The notes beneath the pieces are model-generated. The model was not told the DNA's origin. It made no database searches and saw only the letters and a program-made list of their open reading frames with translations. A stretch of 64,000 bases of DNA from Eledone cirrhosa. Its lineage: Eukaryota. This document shows, in pieces, positions 63,337 through 64,000 of the stretch. A program made the translations under genes and the position numbers. The number at the start of each line of letters is the position of its first letter. The stretch's first letter is position 1. The DNA is taken from the NCBI GenBank assembly GCA_964016885.1, contig OZ024755.1:33108001-33172000 (forward strand). The letters are read 5' to 3'.

Positions 63337-63356
63337 AATCGATTTCTAGTTGATAT
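62626..63356. repeat. Nested inverted-repeat cluster in (TA)n
   Basis: Outer 22-bp pair (62626, 62669 / 63335), ~100-bp pair 62699-62801 / 62873-62980, ~62-bp pair 63008-63070 / 63148-63209. Confidence 0.85.
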
Positions 63357-63470
63357 AAATGCTCGGATCTATTCATTGGAATCTTTGAGCATATTCTACA
63401 GTGGATATGGCGCATGTCTCTCATACATGACACCCTTAATTTTATTTTGTATATATATATATATAGATAT

Positions 63471-63888
63471 ATAATATATAAGATCAAAAGATGGTTAAAA
63501 GAGTTCCATGTATTTTATTATGCGCATTTCAAAAACAAATATCATCATGCAATAACATTTGTGTTTTCATCAGATAAAATAGGAAGACATGATATGAAGG
63601 TTAAAAAACACTTGTGAATAGTGCAGTTGATTTAAATAGTGCAGTTGATTTAAAACTGCACTATTCACAAGTGTTTTTTAACCTTCATATCATGTCTTCC
63701 TATTTTATCTGATGAAAACACAAATGTTATTGCATGATGATATTTGTTTTTGAAATGCGCATAATAAAATACATGGAACTCTTTTAACCATCTTTTGATC
63801 TTATATATTATGTATACTCTAGTCCTACAAACTTCTTATCCGATATCTGCATTGCTTTATTGTACTACAATAAAACTCACCTCCTACA
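63471..63888 (+). mobile_element. Family P2 element with fold-back (palindrome 63471-63811)
   Basis: ~158-bp arms, small tandem duplication at the axis; body matches 26149-26406. Confidence 0.85.
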
Positions 63889-64000
63889 TTATATATATAT
63901 ATTATATATATATATATATAATAAATGAAGAATTAGAAATAAAAGCCAGGAATATCCGTCATCAGTGGTCTACTAGCCATCATAGGTATTTCTTCGCATT

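Overview
AT-rich, repeat-saturated eukaryotic DNA, probably intronic or intergenic. The SINE/RTE repertoire looks like that of octopod cephalopods (from recall, not verified). The only intact protein-coding gene is a DD34E Tc1-family transposase (23-1045) whose right terminus has an IR/DR structure. The rest is a mosaic of decayed LINE 3' ends (several RTE families, one with a PHD finger inside RT and one with C-terminal C2H2 fingers; CR1; Dong/R4; Ingi-like), tRNA-derived SINEs, bipartite non-autonomous RTE elements, TTAA MITEs, small Helitrons, microsatellites and seven minisatellite arrays, three of which arose inside retroelement 3' regions. The most unusual signal is about ten short fold-back (palindromic) insertions, mostly in (TA)n tracts, some with hammerhead-ribozyme-like cores (Penelope-like signature) and one with a tRNA-derived head, plus a 3.5-kb inverted duplication. 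A few minus-strand micro-exon candidates hint at a host gene but are unproven. Most listed ORFs are microsatellite or repeat artefacts. Boundaries of decayed elements are approximate.
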